Positions 13,641 to 23,329 of a stretch of 26,546 bases of DNA are shown piece after piece. The stretch covers positions 1 to 26,546 of the IMG/VR virus record IMGVR_UViG_3300028588_000078; one strand, written 5' to 3'. The DNA is from a virus (Duplodnaviria > Caudoviricetes). The notes under the pieces were generated by a model that saw nothing but the letters and a program-made list of their open reading frames with translations, was not told where the DNA came from and made no database searches. Positions within the stretch are counted from its first letter, which is position 1; each line of letters begins with the position of its first letter. The position numbers and the translations under genes were made by a program.

Positions 13641-14303
13641 CTACTTGGAGGGCTTGACGAGTTCGGCAAGCTTGGTGCGCATGTCGCCGACAGCGACCTT
13701 GATCTTGTCGACAGCGACCTCCATGCGGGCGGTGCGTCCGTCGATGCGTCCCTGCGCTGTCTTGATCTTGTTCACGGCGTCCAGCACTGCGGACAGTTGC
13801 TTCTTCTCGTCGGGGGTCATGTCGTACTCCTCAGGGTCGATGGGGGGGATGGATGCGGCATAGCCGCCGTTGAAGTGCCAGGACTCGGGCGGTGACATGA
13901 ACGACGGGTCGCCGCCTGTCCACCGGATGCCTCGTTGTGCGCCCCGGGTCACGAGCCATGAATGCTCAGAGACGGTCAGTGCCCGGTTGCTGCCGTCACG
14001 GTTGGTGACACCGAAGTCGAGTGCGGATCCGCGGGACTCGTCATGCGTGGACGTGTACGGGGCGGCAGCGAGTGCAGCCCATGGCCCGCCGGCGCGGTAC
14101 TCCTCGTACTTGCGTCGGAGCAGCAACTGACGTTCACGCGAACGCACACCCTCGTTGACCGACAGAATCGCGCCGCCCGCGAACACGCTCTGCGATTCGT
14201 AAATCAGCGAGTTCACCTGTGCCGCCACAACCGAATCGGTCACGTACTGGATGACGCCGCGCTGTGCCCCGTAACTTGAAGGGCCGACTGCGTACTGTGT
14301 CAC
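13641..14303 (-). CDS. Endolysin, M15-family zinc peptidase with C-terminal coiled-coil
   Basis: EGVRSRERQ, TSTH....ALDF, ESWHF motifs; precedes the membrane genes. Confidence 0.85.
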   Translation of the reverse strand: MTQYAVGPSSYGAQRGVIQYVTDSVVAAQVNSLIYESQSVFAGGAILSVNEGVRSRERQLLLRRKYEEYRAGGPWAALAAAPYTSTHDESRGSALDFGVTNRDGSNRALTVSEHSWLVTRGAQRGIRWTGGDPSFMSPPESWHFNGGYAASIPPIDPEEYDMTPDEKKQLSAVLDAVNKIKTAQGRIDGRTARMEVAVDKIKVAVGDMRTKLAELVKPSK

Positions 14304-14327
14304 GGTGCCTCCTACGGGGCATGAGGA

Positions 14328-14351
14328 AGGCCCCCGCCGTAGCAGGGGCCT
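14328..14351 (-). terminator. Hairpin between tail and lysis genes
   Basis: AGGCCCCTGC-TACG-GCGGGGGCCT with a UNCG tetraloop; weak U-tract. Confidence 0.55.
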
Positions 14352-14369
14352 CCATGTGTTGTGCGTGTT

Positions 14370-15086
14370 CTACGCGGGTGAGGGGACCGTAGTTGAGCCG
14401 ATGTACGCGCCACCAACCAGTGACCATGTGGAGCCTGTGGGGGAGGGCCACGACGCCTGCCAAGCAGGCCAAGTGTCACCGAAAGTGATCCCGATGATGC
14501 TGGCACCAGACCTATCCCTGAAAGACGCCAAAGACGAACTCAGCACCGGCGACGCGTTCCCGCCAAACGGAGACAGGACCAAGAACGGTGCAGTAGTTGC
14601 CTGAACGCCCTTAGCGGCATCCGCATCACCAATCGTGCTACCCGTGCCAATCTCGGTGTAAGTCACGCCGCCATCAAGTGAAAGCCAGCGGCGCAACTTC
14701 TTGGCAGCCACATCGAGGCGAATCTTCACGCCAATCAGCTTCCCGCCCCACGTGTTTGCCAACGGCATCGAGGTTGTTGCATAGGCCGTCAGCGAAGTGT
14801 TCGTTCCGTAAGCTGTTGACAAGGTGATGTCACCAGCCGCCGTCACGCGCAGGAACCAGCCCTTACCATCGGCGTAACGTCGTGCCAGCTCGTACGGCGC
14901 AGGAACGGTGGGGCTGCGCAAGATAACCTCGACCTCGTAACCGTCAGACCGGTTCCATCCGTCGATGTAAGAGGCTTGCGCATACCCACCGTTTGGTATC
15001 AGCCCGCTGTACAGGGAAGTGACACCGCCAACACGAGGAAGCAGCGGGTTGCCAATACGAGGACCAGCAAAGTGGCGTGTGCGCAT
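14370..15086 (-). CDS. Minor tail protein, possible lectin/LamG-like beta-sandwich
   Basis: TAATG overlap; beta-rich; last tail gene. Confidence 0.65.
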   Translation of the reverse strand: MRTRHFAGPRIGNPLLPRVGGVTSLYSGLIPNGGYAQASYIDGWNRSDGYEVEVILRSPTVPAPYELARRYADGKGWFLRVTAAGDITLSTAYGTNTSLTAYATTSMPLANTWGGKLIGVKIRLDVAAKKLRRWLSLDGGVTYTEIGTGSTIGDADAAKGVQATTAPFLVLSPFGGNASPVLSSSLASFRDRSGASIIGITFGDTWPAWQASWPSPTGSTWSLVGGAYIGSTTVPSPA

Positions 15087-16720
15087 TACTGCGCTCCTTC
15101 CGTGACAAAGTGCAAGTTCGTGACAGCGCCGATGTAACCATCGGTCGGGTAAGAAATCACCTCGTTGTAGAGCCACCCCATCGCACCTGCCCAATAGGGG
15201 CGGATTGCGGGCCTAAGAGTGCTGGTGTACAAGATGGTTTTCTTCCATGAACCGTCACGCTGCAACTTGTGGGACTCAAGGGTGTAGGTTCCATACGCTT
15301 CCCTCGCGATGCACAGTTCAGTCCCGTTGGATTCGAACCGCATACCCATACCGCTCAGGTAGTTGGAATCGACCCGGTTACCGAACCGCTTACCTGCACG
15401 CCCAAACGATGTCCGTGTGTACGTGCGATCCGGCTTGAATACCGCAAGGTAGTACGTCCAGTCATCTGGTGAAGCAATCGGACCCTCAGCGTAGAGGAGG
15501 GTGTCACGCGTCCCGTAAAACAGGCGTCGCGTCCAGTCATCCGGCACTTCGTCGATTGCGTTAGTGAAATCCGCATACGAACGAGCGGTGCCGAGCTGGC
15601 CGACACTGTTGTCGTTAGCGTAAGTGATTGCCCCAGTTTCGACATTCAGGGTGTACCGGTAATAGTGCGGTTTCAGCCTGCGTTCCTTCTCAGGGTTGTA
15701 ACCCGTCACCATCGGTACGCACTGCTGGCCCAAACTGTTTTTGTAAGACAACCCAATGTGCGTGTAGCACTGCTGACCAGGCGACGAGAAGAACCCTTGG
15801 TACGCGCCAGAAGTGATTGTCCGCGCCACAAGGTCGTAGGTGATAGGGATCATGCCCCATGCTTCGACATCACGACGGATGCCGGCATAGACCTCAGCCT
15901 GGGTGGTGGTGCTGATCTTCTCCCGCAACACAAGCTGGTTGTACGACACCTGCCCGCCACCAGGAACAATCGTGACCGGATTGCGCGCCAAAGAGTCAAC
16001 CGAACCGTCAGCATCACCAAGGATGGCCTCGAGGCTGTACGTCTGGTTGTGCTTGTTGTAGACGTATGTCAGAGATCCGTCTGGCAGTGCGAGGATCCCG
16101 CCAAGGTTGTGGTCATCGGCGAGGGTTTGCACAATGGCGACACCTCGAATGGGCGCACCAGGGCGTGCTTCCAGGATGTAGTGGACCCCGTCTTTGTCCA
16201 TGCACGCGACAAGTACACGGTTCCTTGCCTTGTCCTCGTAGACCATGTTCGTCCACCATTCGGTGGTACCGCCATCCCATTTCTGGGACAGTCCGCCGAG
16301 CTGAGACGACAGGTAGCTGATAGAAAACTTGCTAAGCAGCATGTCTACCGTGCCGTCATCACCACGAACACGGATCAGCTGCTCACCAGCATCGGTCTGC
16401 ACCATCCAAGCGTTTGGGCTTGTATCTTCCATTCGGCCCGCTTTGAGGAATGTGTCGGACTCTGTACCGGTCGGAGTGAGCGCGACAGCAGGCGAAGCAT
16501 CCTGCGGCGCATACCGCGCCACACGGCCTGTCGCCAGCTCACCCGCAACAGCAGCCTTAGCCGCCTGCGCCGGCACATCACTCTGCGCCAAAGACTCGGT
16601 GACAAGAGGGGTCACAACAGTCTTGACAGCATCACGGCTCTTAGACGTTGGGTTGCGCACAAAGTCGGCCACCACACTGTCATTGGCTGTTGAAAGTTCA
16701 GCTTTCGGAACCCACACCAT
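15086..16720 (-). CDS. Tail fibre/tailspike with BNR-4-like beta-propeller domain
   Basis: N-terminal virion-anchor-like DSVVADFVRNPTSKSRDAV; WWT, DDHN...I motif; tail position. Confidence 0.7.
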   Translation of the reverse strand: MVWVPKAELSTANDSVVADFVRNPTSKSRDAVKTVVTPLVTESLAQSDVPAQAAKAAVAGELATGRVARYAPQDASPAVALTPTGTESDTFLKAGRMEDTSPNAWMVQTDAGEQLIRVRGDDGTVDMLLSKFSISYLSSQLGGLSQKWDGGTTEWWTNMVYEDKARNRVLVACMDKDGVHYILEARPGAPIRGVAIVQTLADDHNLGGILALPDGSLTYVYNKHNQTYSLEAILGDADGSVDSLARNPVTIVPGGGQVSYNQLVLREKISTTTQAEVYAGIRRDVEAWGMIPITYDLVARTITSGAYQGFFSSPGQQCYTHIGLSYKNSLGQQCVPMVTGYNPEKERRLKPHYYRYTLNVETGAITYANDNSVGQLGTARSYADFTNAIDEVPDDWTRRLFYGTRDTLLYAEGPIASPDDWTYYLAVFKPDRTYTRTSFGRAGKRFGNRVDSNYLSGMGMRFESNGTELCIAREAYGTYTLESHKLQRDGSWKKTILYTSTLRPAIRPYWAGAMGWLYNEVISYPTDGYIGAVTNLHFVTEGAQ

Positions 16721-16760
16721 TAGTTGTCTCGATTCGTATCAGATTGGGCAATGGGCATGA

Positions 16761-17210
16761 TCAGTTGGACTCGTACAGCACAGGCGGAATGACGCCGTTG
16801 TCGATCCACCACAGGTAGGGGGTCTCTGTGGGTGGCGGATTAGGGCCAATCCACGTCATGCGGCTTGTCGGCTCGGCGTCGACAAGAGCTGCAAGGTCAC
16901 CACCCTGCGGCGGGACACGCAGTTTGAACGCCGGATACGCGGCACCAATGAACCCGCCTGTGGGTTCGAACCATTCGATGCGGATCTCATACCAGGTGTC
17001 AGGTCGCAGCGTGGTTGTGGTGGCGAGCCGGACAGAGAAGCTGCCGCCGATATCGGGGCGCACCGATATGGCACGGTTGGTGAAAATCTCTGCCCCGTTG
17101 ACGCTTGACCCGTCGCCGCTTTCGTTCTTCGGCGTGAAGACAACGACCGGTCGGAGGTCGTCGATGGGCGACAGCCCAATGTCAAGTAGTTTGCCTGTGA
17201 CGTTGGGCAT
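16761..17210 (-). CDS. Minor tail protein
   Basis: RBS GGAGG; MPNVTGKLLD...GSFSVRL...WIGPNPP...WWID pattern common in actinophage tail adaptors. Confidence 0.8.
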   Translation of the reverse strand: MPNVTGKLLDIGLSPIDDLRPVVVFTPKNESGDGSSVNGAEIFTNRAISVRPDIGGSFSVRLATTTTLRPDTWYEIRIEWFEPTGGFIGAAYPAFKLRVPPQGGDLAALVDAEPTSRMTWIGPNPPPTETPYLWWIDNGVIPPVLYESN

Positions 17211-17269
17211 ATTGCCTCCTAGGTTGCGCAGACGGTTGTGTTGTGGTGCGGAACCCATACACTCAGGGC

Positions 17270-17692
17270 ATGAACCCTCGGGGACCGATGAAGAAAACAG
17301 CACTGGTTGCGCTGGTCGCGGCGTGTGCTTTGGTGACGGCTGGATGCTCGAGCGCGTCGCAGACGACGGCAGCGCCGGCGGAACGCCAGGCGGCAGTCGC
17401 CGCCCCTGAAAGCGCACCGGCTACCACCGAGCTGCCCGCTGCAGAAGTGGACATGACCGAGTACCTACGCGCAGTCAGGGCGTCTGTACGGGGCATGGAT
17501 GCGGCAACTGATACCAAACTGGTCGACGCGGGCAATGCGGCCTGCGATCAGATGGACCAGGGCATCTCTTACGAGGCCGTCCGTGTCGTCGAAACGTCAG
17601 ATGCTGAAATCGTGGAGGGCTACAACAGCCAAGCCATCGCGAGTCTCGCGTCTCAACTCATCTGCCCCGAACACAGCATCGTTGCCGACTAA
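17270..17692 (+). CDS. Lipoprotein (DUF732-like), antisense moron
   Basis: Signal peptide with lipobox VTAG-C; YL..VR...LVDAGNAACDQM...LICPE. Confidence 0.85.
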   Translation: MNPRGPMKKTALVALVAACALVTAGCSSASQTTAAPAERQAAVAAPESAPATTELPAAEVDMTEYLRAVRASVRGMDAATDTKLVDAGNAACDQMDQGISYEAVRVVETSDAEIVEGYNSQAIASLASQLICPEHSIVAD

Positions 17693-18477
17693 ACGATCCT
17701 GAAAGTTCGGCCGTTTGTGTCGACGAACACGTTCGGCGTTCGACCCGTGATGGTCGGCAAGGCGGGGACATACAAGTTGCCCTCAGTCGTGATGCTCCCC
17801 TTGGCAAAGAAGCCGGAGGAAGTGACCACGGTGGGGGCTGTCAACTCGACAGCGGTTGAGGAAACCAACGCCCCGTTACCCGTCTCGCCGCCAGTCGGGT
17901 TCAGGATCATCTTGCCCACGGTGACCTTGCCACCGGACAGCACTTTCATGTCACCTGTAAGTGACGTGTTCCCCTTGATCGCGAGGTCGCCGGTGATGTC
18001 AATCTTCCCCTTGACGGCCATGTCGCCCTCAAAGGTCGACGTGCCCGTGACAGTCATGTCGCCGGTAATGTCCATCTCCCCGGCGATAGTCAGCGGGCCT
18101 GTGATGTTCACCAGACCTTCGATCCGCAGCGGGCCAACAATTGCAGCCTCACCCTCGATTCGCAGGGGGCCGATGAACGTCGAGTTGCCTCGCACAGTCA
18201 GTGGCCCCGTGACGGACATGTTGCCGCTGACCGTCGACGTGCCTGTGACATTCAGTGTGCCGGCGACGATCAGCATGCCGTCGACACGCTCAGTGCCATC
18301 AATGTACAGGGTGCCCGTCACCCGCTGCGACCCCTGAACTGTCAGCCCCTCCTGAGACGCGATCCGCAGACCGCCCTCCTCCACCGACGAGTAGCCGATG
18401 GGGGATGCGGTCTGTGCTCGCCGGATCGCGTCCGTCTGCCGCTTCGTCTGCGACGTGCGCATGTTACGTACAGCCAT
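17689..18477 (-). CDS. Minor tail protein with hexapeptide Gly-periodic beta-helix repeats
   Basis: GPLRIE-GEAAIV-GPLRIE-GLVNIT-GPLTIA-GEMDIT...; TGATG overlap with the hub gene. Confidence 0.8.
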   Translation of the reverse strand: MAVRNMRTSQTKRQTDAIRRAQTASPIGYSSVEEGGLRIASQEGLTVQGSQRVTGTLYIDGTERVDGMLIVAGTLNVTGTSTVSGNMSVTGPLTVRGNSTFIGPLRIEGEAAIVGPLRIEGLVNITGPLTIAGEMDITGDMTVTGTSTFEGDMAVKGKIDITGDLAIKGNTSLTGDMKVLSGGKVTVGKMILNPTGGETGNGALVSSTAVELTAPTVVTSSGFFAKGSITTEGNLYVPALPTITGRTPNVFVDTNGRTFRIV

Positions 18478-19580
18478 CACAGACCTTCCAACTCTTGTGT
18501 TTCGAGAACAAGGGGGAACTCGTGTGTGCCCCGCATACCAATGAGGTAGTGGTCGATGGTGCGTGTCCCTTCCCACCAGTCGCCCTCGTACCGTTGCCGG
18601 ATCCGTGACCCGAGACGCAACTGGTCGGCACCAACATCGCCCGTGGTGAGGGTCTTCATCTCCCACTGGACGGTTGGTGCACCGTGGCGTTTAAGTTCCG
18701 CGATGCCATGACCGTTCAGCTCGGGGATGTCCTTGACCTCCTTATAAGGCCGCGACGAGTCCAAGAACGGGATCGGCTTCGGACGCACCGGCAGTTGAAC
18801 CAAGCCCGCCTCACCAACCCGCATGTCCTTCTCAGACCCCTTGCCGATAGTGAAAACACCCGTCAGCATTTCGGTACCATCCGCCTCCGAGGTCACATCG
18901 AACAGGCGCGGCTCAGCAACGTTCATCACATAGTCGAACTGCAGACCACCGATACGTGGGTTGCCGATCTTGAGTTCCCATTCGAGCTGACCCGCCCCCA
19001 CATAGCGGGGATCGAAGTGCACATCAGGTCCGCCGTCACGATCCTCAACCTCAGCGATACCGTTCTCGATGGTCGTGAAATCCCAGTTGAACAGGGTCGT
19101 ACCACTGTTGCCCGCCTCAGACCCAGCAGGGATACCAAGAGGCACATTCCAGCCGTCGCCGCCGTCAGGGCGCGCCAGGCCGACACGCACCAGCTCCGTG
19201 ATCACACCGCGCAAGCTCTTGTCACGAACGATCCAATGCCCCTCCTGCAAGCGGGTGCCCACACGGAACGGGAAACGACGGTTGAGCAAAAGCCGCAGCT
19301 CTTTATGCCGCACTGAAATGGTGCGCGTCTTGCGGTTCACCTTGTAGCCCTGCAACAGTCCCGCATACACGGGTCGACCATTCCAGCACTGCACCAACGT
19401 GTTCGCCCACGGATGCACAAGCTCCAACCACTGCGCCCGATTCAGACCCGAATCGGCCACGACAAGCTCATGCTCACCACTACCGATGTCAGACATGCGT
19501 GTCGAGAACGACCCGCCCGTCACCTTCACCTGCTGCCGGCGGATACCCGTCGTCGTCTCATGAATGAAGTACGTCCACAT
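18477..19580 (-). CDS. Minor tail protein (baseplate hub, Gp37-like)
   Basis: Second gene after the tape measure; WNGRPVYAG, GPDVHFDPR patterns. Confidence 0.8.
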   Translation of the reverse strand: MWTYFIHETTTGIRRQQVKVTGGSFSTRMSDIGSGEHELVVADSGLNRAQWLELVHPWANTLVQCWNGRPVYAGLLQGYKVNRKTRTISVRHKELRLLLNRRFPFRVGTRLQEGHWIVRDKSLRGVITELVRVGLARPDGGDGWNVPLGIPAGSEAGNSGTTLFNWDFTTIENGIAEVEDRDGGPDVHFDPRYVGAGQLEWELKIGNPRIGGLQFDYVMNVAEPRLFDVTSEADGTEMLTGVFTIGKGSEKDMRVGEAGLVQLPVRPKPIPFLDSSRPYKEVKDIPELNGHGIAELKRHGAPTVQWEMKTLTTGDVGADQLRLGSRIRQRYEGDWWEGTRTIDHYLIGMRGTHEFPLVLETQELEGL

Positions 19581-19591
19581 GGAGCAACCCC

Positions 19592-20365
19592 CTAAATGAA
19601 CGTGTCATACAAGACAGTCTCGAGAGTCCCCGAACCCGAATCAGGGATCAGACGGTGCGTCTCAAAAATGCGGCCAGGAGGGAACGACCAACCAACACCA
19701 GACGTGATCGACGACAACGGAACCTGCCCGTTCTCATAAAGCACACCCGAAAAGTTGTCAATCGTGTGCGGTGTCGACGGGGTAACAGCACGCGCAATCT
19801 GCCACGTACTATTCGGACCCTCAATCCGGTACGACGGCATCGTGCCCCGCACAATCAGTGTCGGGTACGCGTTGAAGTTCCCGCGATGATAAATCGACTG
19901 CGACTGATTCGGGCCCGTCACCGTCGTCGGCACACGCTCCCCATACTTACGAGGATTCGCGCATCGAATTTGGAACTGGTACCGCGCCAACGACCCCGGC
20001 ACAATCGTTTGGAACTTCGGCTGACCAAACCGGCGACCGTACACGAACTGTCGTGCGCCTTGGTAGTTGCCGAAGATCTGCTTACGGCCCTGCAGCACCG
20101 TGAAAAGTTGATTACGCCAATGCTCTAAACGTTCAGCGCTCCCAGCAATGCACAAGCCCGAGACGGTAATGATCCGCGGCTCGTAGAACTCGGTCGAGTC
20201 ATACGAACCATCACCGTCATCAAGGTTCACCTCCTCAGTGCGCGTATTCGGGGCATCAGACCATCCCTCGAACCCCTCCGCATCAATGAAGAACCCATCA
20301 CTACCCTCACCACCCCAAAACACCAGATGGCCGATACGCAGAACATCATCCCTATTGCCGCTCAT
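19592..20365 (-). CDS. Distal tail protein (Dit-like)
   Basis: Directly after the tape measure; EGW, DG.Y, PRIITVSG, NPRKYG, GNFNAYP. Confidence 0.85.
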   Translation of the reverse strand: MSGNRDDVLRIGHLVFWGGEGSDGFFIDAEGFEGWSDAPNTRTEEVNLDDGDGSYDSTEFYEPRIITVSGLCIAGSAERLEHWRNQLFTVLQGRKQIFGNYQGARQFVYGRRFGQPKFQTIVPGSLARYQFQIRCANPRKYGERVPTTVTGPNQSQSIYHRGNFNAYPTLIVRGTMPSYRIEGPNSTWQIARAVTPSTPHTIDNFSGVLYENGQVPLSSITSGVGWSFPPGRIFETHRLIPDSGSGTLETVLYDTFI

Positions 20366-23286
20366 GCGTCACCCTTCATCGCCCAATCACGGTCAGCAGC
20401 AGCAATACGCGCAACCTCAAACGCCGAAACGCCCTCAGGTGCGTTGATGTTCTGCACCAGAGACGAAGAACGGGACACGGAACTGGTTGTGACGCCGCCA
20501 GAAGAAGCGCCGCCCATGTACCGGTCAGCCGACCAGACACCGCCGTCAGCGAACGCCTGCAGCCGCTTACCGGTCTCAGCCCAAACCGCCAACGACCGTT
20601 CACGCTTCGACGCCGCCAGTGGTATGTACGCCTCGCCGCCAGTCTCAGGCTCAGCCCACACACGCCAAGCACCCGCCGGCGCAATCTGCGCCGTGTGGCT
20701 CTCGGCAACCCCACCGTTCGCGTAGTAGTCGACGACACCACCGTCAGCCTGCGTCAAGCCGCCCGTCCAAGAAGACGCGGGGCTGTCGTTCGTCGCACGC
20801 ACCGAAACACGCACAACACGACCAGAGTTCAGAGAAATCAGATTGTCGATCCCCGCCTGAGCCGCCGCAGTCTCAGCCAGGATCTTTATTTCCTTGGCAG
20901 ACGGGAGAGCAAACACGCGATCTGCCAGCTTCTGAACTTCATCCTTCGAGTAGCCCGCAGCTACAGCCGCCTCCTCGAAACGCGCCCGCTGATCACGGAG
21001 CGTCGCAACATACTTGTCAGTCGCATCCGTCGCGCTCATCGTGGTCTGATCGACAGCAAACTGAGCATCAGCGGCTTCTTGCGCCTTCGCCGCAACCTGC
21101 GCCAACTGGTCAGCCTGCCCAGCCCCAGCAAAAGTCGCCTCATCAAGTGTCTGGCTGAACCCCTCGAGCGTGCCGTTGGCTTCCTCGTATGCCTTCTTCT
21201 GATCGTCAACGCCAGACTGAATCGCTTCCAGCGACTGCAGGAAGTCTGCGTTCGCTGAAACGGCATCCTGATTCGTCTCGTTGAGATTGTTGACCTGTTC
21301 GATAAGTTCGTTGATCATCTCAACCACATCATCGCCAGCAGCAGCCTGCTCGACGTAAGCCGAGGCAGTAGCAATAGCCTGTTCCTCAGCCGTAGCCTGC
21401 GCCATCGTGAGGAGGCTCGCGTCAGTCGCCGCCTCGCCCGACTGGGTAGCCTGCTCTGTCAGCGCGTCCTTGTACGCAGGCATCGCATCGAGAAGCTGCA
21501 TGAGCTGCTCTTTCGACCCATCCGTCTCAGCGGCCAGCTTCGTGAACGCTTCCTGCGCCCCAGGAAGATCGGATTCAGCCAGCGACGCCAGCTCTTCACC
21601 AATGTCCTTGAGTGCCTGAATGCCGCCGAAGTACTCACGCCCACCAAAACGAGACAGCCAGTTCTCCTGCTGCTCGTTAGCTGCCGCAAGCAAAGTCGGC
21701 AGGTCATTCAACTGAGCATTGACATCAGCCCACGCCGTGACCGCCCGGCCCTGCGAAACCGTGTCAAAGATCTCCGACGCATCCTTGGCCGTAACCAAGC
21801 TGTTCGTGACCTCCTCCGACGACGCCTTCAGCGACTCGAGGTAGTCCGAAAGCAGCTTGACACCAACCGTCGCCGCTACGAGGGCGATACCCCACGGCCC
21901 GGTCAGGAACCGAGCCGTAGCGGCAAGGGCTGCACCTGACTTGCCAACAGCGTTAGTCATGCCGACAGCAGCAGACCCGACACCGGGGATACTCGAGGAC
22001 GCCAGGACATCAAGCGCGATTTTGAGTTCGTAGACCTTTGGGATGATGATCAGCACAGCGCCGCCCGCAAGCCCAACAGCGGCAGCAGTCACGCCAAGAG
22101 CAAGCCCCGTCTGCTGAACAATCGGCGGAGCATCCGAGAACGCGTCCACAAGGTCAGTGACCGACTGAACAAGGAACCGAAGCGGGCCGTCTGCGCCGGC
22201 ACCCGTCTTGATCAGCAGCGTGTCGAACGCGCCACCCAACTTTTCGAGGTCGCCAGCCAGATTGTCCTGCTTGATCGCAGCCGTCTCAGCGGCATAACCA
22301 GCGTCATCGACATTGCGGGTCCACTGGCTGATGCCGTCCTGCCCGTTCGCATAAAGAACGTTTGCAGCGCGCACAGCATCATTGCCGAATATCTGAGCCA
22401 GCGCAGAGTTGCGCTGCTCATCCGTCAAGCCACCAAGAGAGGTCTCGAGCACCCCAGCAATCTCCGAGAACGACTTCATTGTCCCGTTGGCGTTGTATAC
22501 CTCGATGCCGTACTGCGCCATCGTGTCCGAGGACTTCTTCGAGGGGTTCTGCAACGCCAGAATGGCCGTCTTGAGCGACGTGCCAGCATCCGAACCCAAC
22601 AGTCCAGCCGCAGCAAAGGCCGACAGCGTTCCCGTGGTCTCCTCAATCGAGAAGCCCGCCTGAGACGCGACAAGGCCTCCCTGATTCAGCGCCTGCGACA
22701 GGTCATCAACCGAACCCTGCGCCTTGCCCGCACCAGCAGCAAGCAGGTCAGCAATGTGGGGAACTTCTTCGCCCGAAAGCTTGAACTGAGTCATAGCTGT
22801 CGCAGCAATTTCAGCCGCATCCGCAACTGCCAGCTCGCCTGCAGCAGCCAAATCGAGGGCGCCTTGCAACCCACCGCCAAGGATGTCTGCCGTCGCCACA
22901 CCAGCCTTAGACAGCTCCTCAATCGCCTGCGCAGCCTCAGTAGCCGAGAATGCCGTGACAGCGCCCGCCTCCATCGCCGCGTCACGCAGAAGCGCCATGT
23001 TCTCCGACGACTCATGCGTCGCCGCCTGCACCGCAGACATCTGGGCGTCGAACTCCATGAACTTCGACACTGCAAGACCAACACCAGCCGCGGCGACCGC
23101 ACCGAACGCAGTCATGCCGATACCGATGGTGTTCATCGCCGCATGCTGCTTCTGCAACTGCGCCTCGAGCTTCGCGGACTCCTCAGCCGTCTGCTTCGTC
23201 TTCTGCTTCGCCTGCTCAAACCCAGCCAGGTACCCAGCCACCTGAGCCGTCAAAACGACCTTGGTCTCGCGATTTCCTCCGGCCAT
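20362..23286 (-). CDS. Tape measure protein (TP901-family core)
   Basis: About 974 aa, Ala-rich; FDAQMSAVQA, FSATEAAQAIEELSKAG, GSDAGTSLKT; C-terminal WAEPETGGEAYIPL. Confidence 0.97.
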   Translation of the reverse strand: MAGGNRETKVVLTAQVAGYLAGFEQAKQKTKQTAEESAKLEAQLQKQHAAMNTIGIGMTAFGAVAAAGVGLAVSKFMEFDAQMSAVQAATHESSENMALLRDAAMEAGAVTAFSATEAAQAIEELSKAGVATADILGGGLQGALDLAAAGELAVADAAEIAATAMTQFKLSGEEVPHIADLLAAGAGKAQGSVDDLSQALNQGGLVASQAGFSIEETTGTLSAFAAAGLLGSDAGTSLKTAILALQNPSKKSSDTMAQYGIEVYNANGTMKSFSEIAGVLETSLGGLTDEQRNSALAQIFGNDAVRAANVLYANGQDGISQWTRNVDDAGYAAETAAIKQDNLAGDLEKLGGAFDTLLIKTGAGADGPLRFLVQSVTDLVDAFSDAPPIVQQTGLALGVTAAAVGLAGGAVLIIIPKVYELKIALDVLASSSIPGVGSAAVGMTNAVGKSGAALAATARFLTGPWGIALVAATVGVKLLSDYLESLKASSEEVTNSLVTAKDASEIFDTVSQGRAVTAWADVNAQLNDLPTLLAAANEQQENWLSRFGGREYFGGIQALKDIGEELASLAESDLPGAQEAFTKLAAETDGSKEQLMQLLDAMPAYKDALTEQATQSGEAATDASLLTMAQATAEEQAIATASAYVEQAAAGDDVVEMINELIEQVNNLNETNQDAVSANADFLQSLEAIQSGVDDQKKAYEEANGTLEGFSQTLDEATFAGAGQADQLAQVAAKAQEAADAQFAVDQTTMSATDATDKYVATLRDQRARFEEAAVAAGYSKDEVQKLADRVFALPSAKEIKILAETAAAQAGIDNLISLNSGRVVRVSVRATNDSPASSWTGGLTQADGGVVDYYANGGVAESHTAQIAPAGAWRVWAEPETGGEAYIPLAASKRERSLAVWAETGKRLQAFADGGVWSADRYMGGASSGGVTTSSVSRSSSLVQNINAPEGVSAFEVARIAAADRDWAMKGDA

Positions 23287-23329
23287 GAACAATCACCACC
23301 GTTCGCGTATTGAGCTGTACATTTGGGGC

